A stretch of 64,000 nt of DNA from a virus. The stretch lies in IMG/VR virus record IMGVR_UViG_3300045988_118131; one strand, written 5' to 3'. Shown piece after piece: positions 47,143 through 57,704 of this stretch. The stretch's first letter is position 1; each line of letters opens with the position of its first letter. The translations under genes and the position numbers were made by a program. The notes beneath the pieces are model-generated. The model was not told the origin of the DNA. It saw only the letters and a program-made list of their open reading frames with translations, and made no database searches.

Positions 47143-49329
47143 TTAGTATTTTACTTTATTATTGTGAGGATTCCCATCATACATTTGAGCCTCTTCTACT
47201 TCTACTTTTTGTTTGTTAGTTTCAGCTACAGAGTCCTTGTATGCTTTATCTGTTCTAGCTTTATACCAATTAATTTCAGTCTCGGATTTTAGTCTATCTT
47301 GTTCTAATTTTATCTTAGCTTCATTAAGTGCTTCGAGCCTTCCATTAAGAGATTTATTCTCTGACATTAATTGCTGCAATTGCTGTTGAGACTGTTCTAA
47401 TTGTTGTTGTATTTGACCTACCTGATTTGCTTCCTGTCGTTTCTTCTTTAACGAATTTCCAACATTATTTCGTAGTTCTGTCATACTCTTTACAGTAAGA
47501 GCCTCTATTAAATCTTCTGGATCGAGAGCTTGAGCTTTAATTAATTCTGGAACTATTTGTTTTATAGTCTCCATATCTCTAACTATATTAGAACTAGCTT
47601 CAATATTAATGTCGTAGTCAGTTACAGTAAAATACTCTGGAAGAGCTGTAAATACTTTTACTCCTTTATCTCCAAGTATTAAGGTCCCTTTTAAACCTTT
47701 TTTCCATACTTTTTTAGCCACATTTAAGCAATCTACTAATAATTCTGTTGTTAACAAATCCATTTGATGAGTAAATTGCTTAGTAATAGTAAATGAGTTT
47801 TGTATTCCAACTTTTACATTAGTAACAGCATCTTTCTGCTGTATTCCATTTAGTCTTTCCCTAAATACTCCAGTTATAGATGAACAAGTATTCTCTATTC
47901 TGTCTATAGCCATTTCAATAGCTTCAATAGTCTGCGCTTTTACAGTATCGTCAAATCCAGTAAATGCAGTATTATTATTAAACGCAATTCCATCCTGAGA
48001 GGTATCTATTAGAGCTACTCCAGCTTTCTTTTTGTATTCAAGCCATTTCTGAACTCTCTCTGGAAGTTTAGTTCCCAAAAATTGTGGAAGCATAGATACA
48101 TCCAACCAATCCCCCACAGTACCACTAGAAGCTAATAAAGAGTCTCTATAAAAATGTAATACATCATATTTATCTTGCAGATTTGCACATGCCAATACTA
48201 ATGAATACGGTTCCGAGCTTCTTGTAGAGAAATATATTCCGCTAGTTGATAAGGTACAAAAAGTAGGATTATCCTGACTTCTTACTACCTCAACAGGTTC
48301 ATTTTGGGTAATATATAATGTATTTCCAATTTTTACTTGTTCGTATCTTTGCATTTTGAAATCAGAATCAGTCTCTACCCATTCCACTGTATATACTGGA
48401 ATTAGCCTATTAGTTAATACACCATACTGTTCGTTAGGGAGTCCTGGAGTTAACTCTCTTCCAGCTTCTAGTCCATCAGAAGCCGGAAATCCAGTACATT
48501 GGTTATTATAGCTCCTAACATATATAGACGAACTGTCTGTTACAGTCTCATACATATTTTCTAAATCTTCTATATCTTCTTCAGATAAATGTTTTCCATA
48601 TGTATTAAGAATTTGGGTTTTAGTTAGCCACTCTCTAACTACAGCTCTATAAGACAATTTTACGTAATTGGAACTAAAGTTTTTATCTATAAAAGTATTT
48701 AGAGGATCTAAGATTTTGATTTCAATGTTATTTCCTGATTTAGATGGTACTACTTTATAAAACGCGTAACCAGTGATTAGTAAGTCCAAAAGCAAAATTC
48801 TTAGTTTTTCTATTAGATCTGTGTCTCTTGAATTTAAAATATACTGAATAACATTTTGAGCAGCTACCTCATACTCGGAAATAAAATTCTGGTCTATATC
48901 TTCTATGATTTGATTTATTTGACCCTCTATTGCTTTATCGGTAATATTACGACCATTTAAAAAGGTAAGGATCGAATTATTCAAATGATTCTTAAGATAC
49001 GTATATACATCTTTAACTATTTTAAGATGTTTATCTCGTTCTATATTACTAATCGTTTTAGAATCCTTGCAAGTTATTTTAGGGATAATTGGTGTTTCCA
49101 AAAATTCTCCTACAATAGCGTCCACATGTTTTCTGATTAATGGAATAAATTCAAGAGAAGTTGGATTTCCTATTCCAAAGTTTGATTCTAAATATCGAAA
49201 TTGCTCTGGATCTCTAACTCCGTTATAGTAATTATAGGCTTTTTTCAATGTATATTTTGGGAAAACTAATTCATTAATAGCTTTGTTAGTAAAGTCTATC
49301 AACTCGTCTTCAGTCTTTTTCTTAGCCAT
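47143..49329 (-). CDS. putative portal protein (728 aa)
   Basis: Uninterrupted ORF with no TGA, one small gene downstream of TerL. Assignment rests on size, position and the N-terminal KKAYNYYNG pattern. Confidence 0.6.
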   Translation of the reverse strand: MAKKKTEDELIDFTNKAINELVFPKYTLKKAYNYYNGVRDPEQFRYLESNFGIGNPTSLEFIPLIRKHVDAIVGEFLETPIIPKITCKDSKTISNIERDKHLKIVKDVYTYLKNHLNNSILTFLNGRNITDKAIEGQINQIIEDIDQNFISEYEVAAQNVIQYILNSRDTDLIEKLRILLLDLLITGYAFYKVVPSKSGNNIEIKILDPLNTFIDKNFSSNYVKLSYRAVVREWLTKTQILNTYGKHLSEEDIEDLENMYETVTDSSSIYVRSYNNQCTGFPASDGLEAGRELTPGLPNEQYGVLTNRLIPVYTVEWVETDSDFKMQRYEQVKIGNTLYITQNEPVEVVRSQDNPTFCTLSTSGIYFSTRSSEPYSLVLACANLQDKYDVLHFYRDSLLASSGTVGDWLDVSMLPQFLGTKLPERVQKWLEYKKKAGVALIDTSQDGIAFNNNTAFTGFDDTVKAQTIEAIEMAIDRIENTCSSITGVFRERLNGIQQKDAVTNVKVGIQNSFTITKQFTHQMDLLTTELLVDCLNVAKKVWKKGLKGTLILGDKGVKVFTALPEYFTVTDYDINIEASSNIVRDMETIKQIVPELIKAQALDPEDLIEALTVKSMTELRNNVGNSLKKKRQEANQVGQIQQQLEQSQQQLQQLMSENKSLNGRLEALNEAKIKLEQDRLKSETEINWYKARTDKAYKDSVAETNKQKVEVEEAQMYDGNPHNNKVKY

Positions 49330-49601
49330 TAGTTACACGCTTTGTATCCGAGACTATAGGTAGTATAGTGTAGATGTCTTAGTCTTAGTTCTTCTCTAAT
49401 ACATTTTAAAAAATCTTCTATAGTCCCTTCCTTATTAATTGTAATAGGTTTATCTACATTATTCATTCCTAACTCTAGGTGATATCCTATAACCTTATTT
49501 TCACCTTTCAATTCTTTCACTTTTAGCTTAGCTATATATTTAACACAATATACCTCTTTAATTAAATCGAGGATTACTTGTTCTAATTCTTCCGTCGTCA
49601 T
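49329..49601 (-). CDS. hypothetical protein (90 aa)
   Basis: Track ORF. Stop overlaps the portal ATG (TAATG). Start overlaps the recoded TerL 3' end by 44 nt. Confidence 0.45.
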   Translation of the reverse strand: MTTEELEQVILDLIKEVYCVKYIAKLKVKELKGENKVIGYHLELGMNNVDKPITINKEGTIEDFLKCIREELRLRHLHYTTYSLGYKACN

Positions 49602-51885
49602 AATCAGGATATAAATTATAATTAGGTATTAGAGGATTTTGTTTAGGAATAGTTCCATATCTAATAATTCCTCTTTCATCTTTATATCATCCAAAGTCTT
49701 CTCACTCATCTTCGTAGACAGTCTCTCTTTGAGGTACAACCCCTGCCATTTCTTCATCCCCCAGTTCTGCCATCCCCATAGCAGCTACAATGTCAAACTT
49801 TTTCTTATTTTCATATGAATATTTAATTAATTCTTGCAACATTTCCTCAAATCATATCTCTGAGGCATAATCACTAATATAGGCAGCTATTAAGTCTAGC
49901 TGATGCCTAATAATAGCTTCTGTTGCTGGGGCTCCAAATTCCTTCGATCTACCTCTTTGAGTGTCTGCCATTGTAGATCTAGGTCTCCTCATTAAATAAG
50001 AGTCAGCTTTTTTCCTGTCTCTTAAATAAGTTACAAAGCTAACTTTAGATTTTTCTAATACAGCTTTGCAATTATAATATTGTAATAGTCTAAGTGCTAT
50101 TTTAAATGCTTCACGAATATCTTTAGGTCTATCCTTATATATAGCAACATATTTTGGAGAGTCCATACCTCGCACTCTTTTTTTAATTACTATACAAAAA
50201 TTAGATCCATTTTTAGTTCCTTCAGAAGTTTCGTCCTGCCCTAAGTCAATACTATCTATACCTGCTACATATAAATTTTTATATACTGTATTTCCCTCAT
50301 CTTTCTGGGGATGCTCTAATATAAGAACTTTACCTTTGGGATCTTTTATTCACTTAAACCCCTTAATATTTTCTTCTCTGTGTTCCCTTCCTCCGAAGTC
50401 ATATTCTAAAAACCCTCTTTCAGGTCTCGGTCCTACTTTATGGAGTATTATATTACTAAGCTGTTCTTGAAGTGCTACAATATCAAAATCATTATCTCCT
50501 TCTAGAGCTAAAGCATCGTCTGGAGTAAAGCAGAACTCAGCACAATCTATCCTATACGTATCAGCTTTTCCAGATAGTAATAATTTGTTTCGCTGTTCCT
50601 CATAAAAAGCCTTGGCTTTCTTAGAATCTGTTACTCCTCTTTTATCTACATATCCATCCTTATTTACAAAGGTAAACGCTGGAATAAAATACGCTGTCAA
50701 GACTTGCTCTCCAGTTTTAGTGTAGCTATGTCTATAAGGTAATACTCCAAATCCTTCTGGATTATTGAATATTTCACTCAATCCAGCCAAAGCCGGTCCA
50801 GAGTCTCCCCCAGTACCCCATACTAATCTAGTTCCGAATTTTCTTCCAGAAATTTCTACCAAAGCCTTACTCTGCAAATATGTTTTAATAAGAACTGGAT
50901 TAGAACCAGCTTCTTCAAAGAATAATCTGTCTGCACGGTCTCCACGAAGCTTTCTAGGAATATCAGCTGCAATCCCAAGTATTTCGGACATAAATCCAGA
51001 CTCTTCCCGTTGTTTATTTAGTTTAGAAGCTCTTTTATGATAGTCAGAATTGTACTTTTGTCTGACATGACGCATACCTCCTTCAGAGTCAGCGTTAAGA
51101 AATTCTAATTGTTCCCAACATTTTCGTAATACTGCAGATAAGAAATCATCACTATATGCTGAGTATAATACGTGAGATTCTTCTACTGTGGAGTAAAGTC
51201 TAACCCCTAAAGAAGCCGCAATCTCACTAAAACCGACTCCACGAGCTTTTAATGCACATACATCATGACCAGTCTTTTCACATATTTCTATATAATGGAA
51301 ATATTCATACTGTTTAGCGTAAAAGGTAGGAAAGTTTGAACGTCTACCTCCACCAGCTACCTTAACAGTAGAAATATCTTTTAGTCTATAAAAATTTAGG
51401 AAAAAGTAATTGTCTCCTGTAATCCTATATCCATGAGAGATGTACCCTTCGTTGCATCTTCTAAACTGTTCTTTTCAAAAGTCTAGATATTTCTTAGAAC
51501 CCTTTGGATAGGAGCAATACATTCCAGTATCTTGTTTTATTTTCCTAGTTTCTGTGAATCATTCAGGATTAAAATCTAATCCTTGAATTTCATTTATTGG
51601 TCTATATCCAGAAATTTCGTAACTTAGATTAGAATCAAAGAAGGTAATATTTTCACTAAGAGGGATATCCCAATTGTAAAAATCCTGCATACTGTTGTCA
51701 GAAACTCTATCCTCTATACGAGCTGCTTGCAAACCACTAGATACTTCTGGGTCCATATGTACTGGAGCGTTATATATGGGATTCTCTAGTAAGTCTTTTT
51801 CACCAGAATCTATTATTTTATGGATTTCTTCAACAGCTTTTTCTACTACAGGATCTTGAATTTTCTTCTTTCTACCTCTAGGCAT
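49558..51885 (-). CDS. terL: terminase large subunit (775 aa)
   Basis: Track ORFs 51559..51885, 50350..51075 and 49852..50175 share a frame. All gaps were translated and contain only TGA (51559, 51475, 50350, 49852, 49702, 49687). Walker A-like KARGVGFS, Walker B-like DRLFFEEAG, and a C-terminal nuclease-like region. TAA at 49558. Confidence 0.8.
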
Positions 51886-51887
51886 AA

Positions 51888-52466
51888 TTAATCAAATGCT
51901 CCAAGCTCTGCGTCCCCTCTAATAGAGGAATTAACCGCTTGAATTTCTTTCTTATACATAACTTCTAAGTTCTTAAGTTCATCTACCACTTTTGACGCAT
52001 TTTGCATTTCTGCAATAACATCTTTCGTTTTATATATTGGCTTTTGGGTAACAGGGTCTCTTTCACTTAAATCCAAATCGTTAAAATAATCCGTAATTTT
52101 ATCTACTACTCCTTGAGCAGCTTTGATAAATTTTAACGTTTTAGACGACTCCTGCAACTCTCTATATTTCCTACAAGCAGCTCTAAAAGTAGGATCAGCC
52201 CATTCTTCATCAGTAATACTAGCATCTTGTAAGCATTCTTGGTGTCTTTCCTGTTCATCAAATTGTGAATAAGGACTTAACCAATCTAACATAAGGAATA
52301 TATATTTAAACTCTCTGAAAGCTCTTAATCGTCTAGTTCCAGTAGGGTCTTCCTTACATTTATTTCTTCCTTTTTCCCATAATCCTTCAAATTCCCTAAC
52401 CAATAATATTTCTGGTTCATTTAATTCTAATTCTCCAGAAGCATTATTATATACAAATACTTTCAT
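51888..52466 (-). CDS. hypothetical protein, positional candidate for small terminase
   Basis: Track ORF directly upstream of terL. No motif support. Confidence 0.4.
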   Translation of the reverse strand: MKVFVYNNASGELELNEPEILLVREFEGLWEKGRNKCKEDPTGTRRLRAFREFKYIFLMLDWLSPYSQFDEQERHQECLQDASITDEEWADPTFRAACRKYRELQESSKTLKFIKAAQGVVDKITDYFNDLDLSERDPVTQKPIYKTKDVIAEMQNASKVVDELKNLEVMYKKEIQAVNSSIRGDAELGAFD

Positions 52467-52489
52467 ATTAATCCACTAAAAATTTTACA

Positions 52490-53545
52490 TTATTTTAATT
52501 TCGGAATACCTGAAGGTTTTAACATAACAAGATTATTCATTCCAGCCACAAAATCTGTATCCGTAGCTTTTTTACCAGCAGCTTTCAATGCTGTTAATAA
52601 TTTAGTATTTTGAGAAGCTGTTCCTTTATATTCTACATCACCAAAAATTTTCTGGAATAATTGTTTTCTCCCCTCGAAACTAGCGTCTTTGGAGTCAAAC
52701 CCATTTAACATCATCCATCCATATAAAGTAGATTGATCTAGTTTAGGTTTTTTAATTTTTGGAGCCGTAACTGTAACTTCTGGAAGTTCTCTCGGAGAAA
52801 CCTGACTCTCAGTTCTTCCCCATAAAGCTATTGGATCAGATGTTCCAACATGAGCTACAGGTCTAGGAGATGACTTTTTTTTTACAGTAGTTTTTGTTCC
52901 CTCTTGTGCAAAAATAATTCCTCCCTGTAAATGTTTTTTAATATTTTCTGTAGCCTTTTTACTTTGCTCTTTATTAGGAGCTTTAACTTTCTTTTTAGGA
53001 CTCCATCCATCTTCATGATGTCCTGAATTTCTGTTTAATTCTTGAAGACGTCTATGTTCTGGACTATTTTGTTTTATTTGGCCTTTCTTATATTTTTCTA
53101 CAAGATTAGCGTGCTCTCCTTCATTATATTTTCCGCCTTCTTGCATTTTCTTCTTTTTCATTTTTCCTCCACACTTGCTAGATTCTATCTCACTTTTAAT
53201 AGAATCCATTAAGGAGCCTTTTTTCATTTGAACAGTAGATTTCTTTTTGCATCTTGAACAAGGTTTCCCTCCAGCCATAAAGCGTTCCACTTCGTAACCT
53301 TCAGGGCATCCTCCATTAAGTCTAATAATATAATCCAATTTACTTCCAGCTTTTGCAGATTTAACAGAAGTGTTTTCTAATTGTTGTGCCATAATAGGTC
53401 AAATTTCTTTATTAAATTGATTTGCTAATTCATCTAATCTATCTTTCCCTAATCTTTTAATTTCTAAGTCTAGTTGATCAGGTTCATTAACTTTTAATAT
53501 CTCGGATAATCAAGAAATGAACCCTTGTTCTTTTAAATGGTTCAT
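52490..53545 (-). CDS. highly basic protein (351 aa) with KMQEGG and LQGGIIFAQEG motifs
   Basis: Track ORF 52490..53392 extends upstream in frame through TGA at 53399 and 53510 to the ATG at 53545, the first ATG after an in-frame TAG at 53570. Confidence 0.6.
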
Positions 53546-53556
53546 ACGCCTATAAA

Positions 53557-53588
53557 TACGAAAAGGAGACTACTTTAGGGTAATCTCC
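53557..53588 (-). terminator. rho-independent terminator
   Basis: 9-bp stem GGAGATTAC/GTAGTCTCC on the minus strand, followed by TTTTCG. Confidence 0.5.
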
Positions 53589-53600
53589 TATAATTTATAA

Positions 53601-53843
53601 TTACTTATTTTCTACTTTCTGCAAATCTTTAGTATTCCAAACTGCTTCTTGGAACTCTCCATTTGTAGTAAACCATCTACATTTAATACCTCTAAAATAC
53701 TCTACCGTATTTTTACCATCCATAGGAGTATCCAATTTAAAGGTTCTAGTTTCTTTTTTTACTACAATCATTATTGGTTTATTAGGAATATCTTGTTTTA
53801 AAGTTACAAGATCTCCTGGTTGAAAAAATACCTTTTCTATCAT
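53601..53843 (-). CDS. small YodC/DUF2158-like protein (80 aa)
   Basis: Track ORF with FQPGDLVTLK...IKCRWF pattern. Confidence 0.45.
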   Translation of the reverse strand: MIEKVFFQPGDLVTLKQDIPNKPIMIVVKKETRTFKLDTPMDGKNTVEYFRGIKCRWFTTNGEFQEAVWNTKDLQKVENK

Positions 53844-53849
53844 AACTTA

Positions 53850-54410
53850 TTATTGTTTAATTGAAGAAAATCTTTCAGTAAGTTCTTCATTGATTACTAC
53901 TAAAACATTATTTTGACTAACAACCCATAGAGCTTGTCCCAAGAATGGTGTTGGTCTTTGAGTTCCGTTGATAAAAATAATATCATCCCCCGGTCTTACA
54001 TACTTAACTTCTGGACCTACAGCTATTACCTCTGCATAGCCTACAGCCATTCTAGCAACTTCCTTTTCTCCAGTTTCGTGAGAAATATAAGTTCCGTCAT
54101 ATACTGGAATAATAAGTCCAGATTCTGTAGTTTTTACTTGATCCCAGGGATTTTTATTATACATTCTAACTAAAATATTTCCATTAGTAGGAAGGATTTC
54201 TAGGTTAGTTGCTTGTTCTTTCACCTGTTTAGAACGTTCGAGTTCTTTATCTATATTTTTACAGAATGATTCAGAAGCCTCTTTAGTAGTTTCATTAAAT
54301 GTCTTAATAGCACTTCTTCTTTCTTCTTCACTAAGTTTTTCTGCTCCAATCATACTAACTGCACTTCCTCCCATTACTAAATCCATTCTTCCGTTATTTA
54401 ACATAATCAT
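53850..54410 (-). CDS. GroES/Cpn10-like co-chaperonin domain protein
   Basis: Track ORF. ILVRM...TESGLIIPV...GYAEVIAVGPEVKYVRPGDDIIF follows the GroES pattern. Confidence 0.45.
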   Translation of the reverse strand: MIMLNNGRMDLVMGGSAVSMIGAEKLSEEERRSAIKTFNETTKEASESFCKNIDKELERSKQVKEQATNLEILPTNGNILVRMYNKNPWDQVKTTESGLIIPVYDGTYISHETGEKEVARMAVGYAEVIAVGPEVKYVRPGDDIIFINGTQRPTPFLGQALWVVSQNNVLVVINEELTERFSSIKQ

Positions 54411-54423
54411 TTAAATTTTAAAA

Positions 54424-54645
54424 TTACCATAAATCATTAGGGCAATGTTCTTTATACACCCTAGTTTTTGCATCTAATAAACAGCCGCATATCCCACACC
54501 ATGCTCCATCTTTGTCTGAACATTTATTACAGATCTTTATTCTGCTATTTCTCATTGCTTCGTTTTGACCTGTAAGTTTGTACCAAAATCCTATAACTAT
54601 GTGTTTTAGTTTTATTATAATACTTCTCATTTTCCAGCTGGACAT
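54424..54645 (-). CDS. Cys-rich zinc-ribbon-like small protein
   Basis: Track ORF with CNKC...CGICGC...HCP..W. Paralogous to the upstream small CDS. Confidence 0.5.
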   Translation of the reverse strand: MSSWKMRSIIIKLKHIVIGFWYKLTGQNEAMRNSRIKICNKCSDKDGAWCGICGCLLDAKTRVYKEHCPNDLW

Positions 54646-54854
54646 TTCTCAGTTTTTAATTTTGCTTTTAGTTTTATTTTGCACCCACATCCTTTTACAT
54701 AACCATCTAAAGGATGTATAGAGACATCTCCAGTTTGAGGATTGATATATAAACTATTGCTGCATATTCCTCCATTATTTGGAGAATATATGGGACAATT
54801 TTCACATATTCGTATTCTGGATTCTCATAGAGTTTGATTAATTCTTCCTTCCAT
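54615..54854 (-). CDS. Cys-rich zinc-ribbon-like small protein (79 aa), paralog of 54424..54645
   Basis: ATG at 54854. Frame open with TGA at 54825 and 54627, TAA at 54615. CENC...GICS...GCGC...KCPAGKW. Not in the track because of the TGAs. Confidence 0.5.
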
Positions 54855-54973
54855 TTTTACTTATATTTATAATTACAGTTGTGGCATTTGTAAAAGTTAT
54901 TTGATAACATCAATGCGGATTATTCGGCATATGGTTTGTTCTATTAATTATTTATTGCCACTGTATGTAATTA

Positions 54974-56863
54974 TTAAAATTCTATTCTTTTTCTCTTGGA
55001 TGCCCTCTCTTCTTGTATAAGCTCTTTTCTGTATTGAGATAGCATTCTTTCTACCTCGTTCTTTAAGTATTCTACTTCATGTGTGGATACGTTTCCATCA
55101 TGATCAAAATATACAAGAATTAATTTCTTTATATTAAATTGAGGATTATTTTTCTTAATCATCCAAGCGTAGGTACTTAATTGTAGAGTGTAATGCATGA
55201 AATTACAATCCATTAAATTGTTTAGAGGAAACTTCATCATAGCATATTTTTTAGCAGCTGGATCGTATCCAGATTTCATTTTTAATTCCTTATTAGTGTT
55301 ATGAGTAACAATCATTGATTCTCCAAATAGGAAAGTATGAGATGGACTATCCACCTCTAAACACTGTGTAGCTATTGTATCAACTCTCTCTACAGAAACA
55401 ATATTTCTAAATGAATGTTTGTCTATCAATGGAAAATTAATATCCTGATTTCTTACTAGGAATGGATTTAATCCATTAGTCGAGAAACATACATCCCATC
55501 CTTTAAATATCTTTCCGTTACACCTTTTATCAACTTCAAATAAAGTAGCTTTAATGCCCAACGTACTAACTAATTTAATTAAATCCCTAGCTTGCCACTC
55601 CTGAGTCGTTCCCATAACAAATCTTTTTCTACCCTCATGGTAGTAGCCATCCGTATCCATTAAACCTCTTAGTAAGTCAAGCCTTTGTTGGAATGATGCT
55701 CTCATATATAAGTCAGGAATAAATTTGTTATTTAATAATTCTAGATGATTTAGTTCTTTTCTGATACCATATATGGTTCTCATCTCTGCATGGGCTTCAT
55801 CAGATAGATTATCACCGTATGTATATCCCCTATTTGATATTTCTTCCCACACTTTCGGATTTATATTGGTTAAAATACCACAAGATTTAGAACCGTCTCC
55901 CAACCAACATCCTAATACATAGGGGTCAATCGGCAAATCAATTTCTGGCAGATTTAGAGGTTTACTGTTAAGTATCTTAGGGATATTATAAGAAGTTCTA
56001 GGTTTCTCTATAAGCCACTTAGCAATTTCTTCTGTAGTCATAATTCTATCACTAAAGGTCTTATCTGGTCTTCTGAATGAAATTAACCATCTATGCTCGT
56101 GGTCTGCAACTATAGATTCCCCATTGTCAAATGTAATTTTATAACATGGATTATAATGTATATCTGACTTATGGATAACTTTTGTGATGTTACCATCCCT
56201 ATCAAATATTTCATCACCTTCTTTAATATCACCTATAGTAGTCCATCCTGTTTTAGTAGGAATTACTGTATCTAAAGGTAATCCTTTATAGTCGATAATA
56301 TAAATATCATTTCCGTCCTTGACTAATAAGTCTATTTGTCCTGCTAATCTAATGTGCCCATCTTCAGATACTCTAGAAATTAAATACTCAGGATATACTG
56401 CAGATTCTAAATCTAATGGAGTGTAGTTTTGCTTACAAACGAATTTTCCTCCCAATCCATAAGATTTTAGAGAATAACTAGAAGCTCCAGAGTAAAACTT
56501 TTTTTCCATAGCTGCATGAATTTTAGTTCCTCTTTCACAAGATTCTCTATTAGTCTTAGCCCATTCATCTAATATGTCTTGCTGGGTAGAATTAAAAGTA
56601 ACCTCGTCAATATCATATAATTCTAATACTGAGTTATCCCATTTCTTAGATTTCAATAATCTCGGCTTTTCCATTGCTGCAAATTTTTGAGAACCTATTA
56701 ACCTCTCTAGTGCTTTGTATTTACTCCAAAAATCTTGATCAAAAGGTTGCTCAAATCTACCTATTAAGGTAGTTACAGAAATAAACTTTTGACCCTCATC
56801 ATTCCAATATTGATGAAATTCATCATTATAATTTACATTACCATTTCTCTTATCAACTTGCAT
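54974..56863 (-). CDS. PD-(D/E)XK (RecB/Cas4-like) nuclease interrupted by an intein
   Basis: Track ORF of 629 aa. The extein joins ...GQIDLLVKDGNDIYIIDYK to TNKELK..., restoring a D...(D/E)xK-type IIDYKT motif. Confidence 0.7.
   Translation of the reverse strand: MQVDKRNGNVNYNDEFHQYWNDEGQKFISVTTLIGRFEQPFDQDFWSKYKALERLIGSQKFAAMEKPRLLKSKKWDNSVLELYDIDEVTFNSTQQDILDEWAKTNRESCERGTKIHAAMEKKFYSGASSYSLKSYGLGGKFVCKQNYTPLDLESAVYPEYLISRVSEDGHIRLAGQIDLLVKDGNDIYIIDYKGLPLDTVIPTKTGWTTIGDIKEGDEIFDRDGNITKVIHKSDIHYNPCYKITFDNGESIVADHEHRWLISFRRPDKTFSDRIMTTEEIAKWLIEKPRTSYNIPKILNSKPLNLPEIDLPIDPYVLGCWLGDGSKSCGILTNINPKVWEEISNRGYTYGDNLSDEAHAEMRTIYGIRKELNHLELLNNKFIPDLYMRASFQQRLDLLRGLMDTDGYYHEGRKRFVMGTTQEWQARDLIKLVSTLGIKATLFEVDKRCNGKIFKGWDVCFSTNGLNPFLVRNQDINFPLIDKHSFRNIVSVERVDTIATQCLEVDSPSHTFLFGESMIVTHNTNKELKMKSGYDPAAKKYAMMKFPLNNLMDCNFMHYTLQLSTYAWMIKKNNPQFNIKKLILVYFDHDGNVSTHEVEYLKNEVERMLSQYRKELIQEERASKRKRIEF
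55298..56284 (-). mobile_element. intein (aa 194-522) with LAGLIDADG homing endonuclease, class-3-like
   Basis: Block A GLPLDTVIPT (Gly1). Block B GESIVADHEHRW. LAGLIDADG motifs LGCWLGDGS and LLRGLMDTDGYY. Block F ATQCLEVDSPSHTF. Block G MIVTHN followed by Thr+1. Confidence 0.8.
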
Positions 56864-56864
56864 A

Positions 56865-57500
56865 CTAGTTTTCCATTTGTTTTTTAACTTGGTTATAATC
56901 TAATAGTATTGCTAACCTTTGTATTCTCGGAGATACTGTTTTCATATAGTACCCTAGATTATATTGTGGTTTTGTTTTATATAAAACTATAACCATTCCA
57001 ACAGGGTCACTGACTCCTTCTATTGGATAAAAAGCTACAGCAGAAGCATTACATAATCTAATTTTTCTATATAATTTAGGAAAGGACTCTTTTAATTCGC
57101 CTATACTGTCCGCTCTTAAATACCTTAAATTATGTATTTTGATAAGCTCCTCTCCATAATTTATGTAGCTTAACTCCCTAAACTCTTCTCCCCACATAGG
57201 CTCATCATCTTTAAATTTTTCAGCTAAGAATGTTATATATTTATATGAGAAACCTTGAGAGCTGTGATTATTGTTGTGATAATTTAGCAATATTACATTA
57301 GTCGCGTCTGGATCACTTATAAGTATATACTGTATCTGTGTATTAATTGTAGGCGTTATACGTTCAGTATAACGTTCCGCTTCCATCTTCTCCAATCTCT
57401 CTTTACTAATTAACCTATTAACTACGTTAATGTTAGAAACATTAATGTTAAGTATAGCTAAAATTAGTAAAATAAGAAAGGCTCTATTCTCCTTACTCAT
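56865..57500 (-). CDS. hypothetical membrane-anchored protein (211 aa)
   Basis: Track ORF with a hydrophobic N-terminus. TAG stop is 1 nt before the next ATG. Confidence 0.55.
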   Translation of the reverse strand: MSKENRAFLILLILAILNINVSNINVVNRLISKERLEKMEAERYTERITPTINTQIQYILISDPDATNVILLNYHNNNHSSQGFSYKYITFLAEKFKDDEPMWGEEFRELSYINYGEELIKIHNLRYLRADSIGELKESFPKLYRKIRLCNASAVAFYPIEGVSDPVGMVIVLYKTKPQYNLGYYMKTVSPRIQRLAILLDYNQVKKQMEN

Positions 57501-57650
57501 TTGTAGAAAAAATTGAAGACTGTTTTTAAATCAATCTGCTAACATATTCACGCTATTATTTTTAAATGTATAACAATCAAACGATTTTATTTTTGGTTAT
57601 TAACATTATTCCATATTTTCGTGTCTAAGTAATTTTCATTTGTTCATGTG

Positions 57651-57658
57651 CAAAATTA
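57651..57658 (-). promoter_or_regulatory. candidate -7 box TAATTTTG in divergent intergenic region
   Basis: Matches TAnnTTTG on the minus strand within the 57501-57704 gap between divergent genes. Confidence 0.3.
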
Positions 57659-57704
57659 GCACTAATTTCGTAGAGTAAAAAATGAAATATAAAATATTTT
57701 AGTT

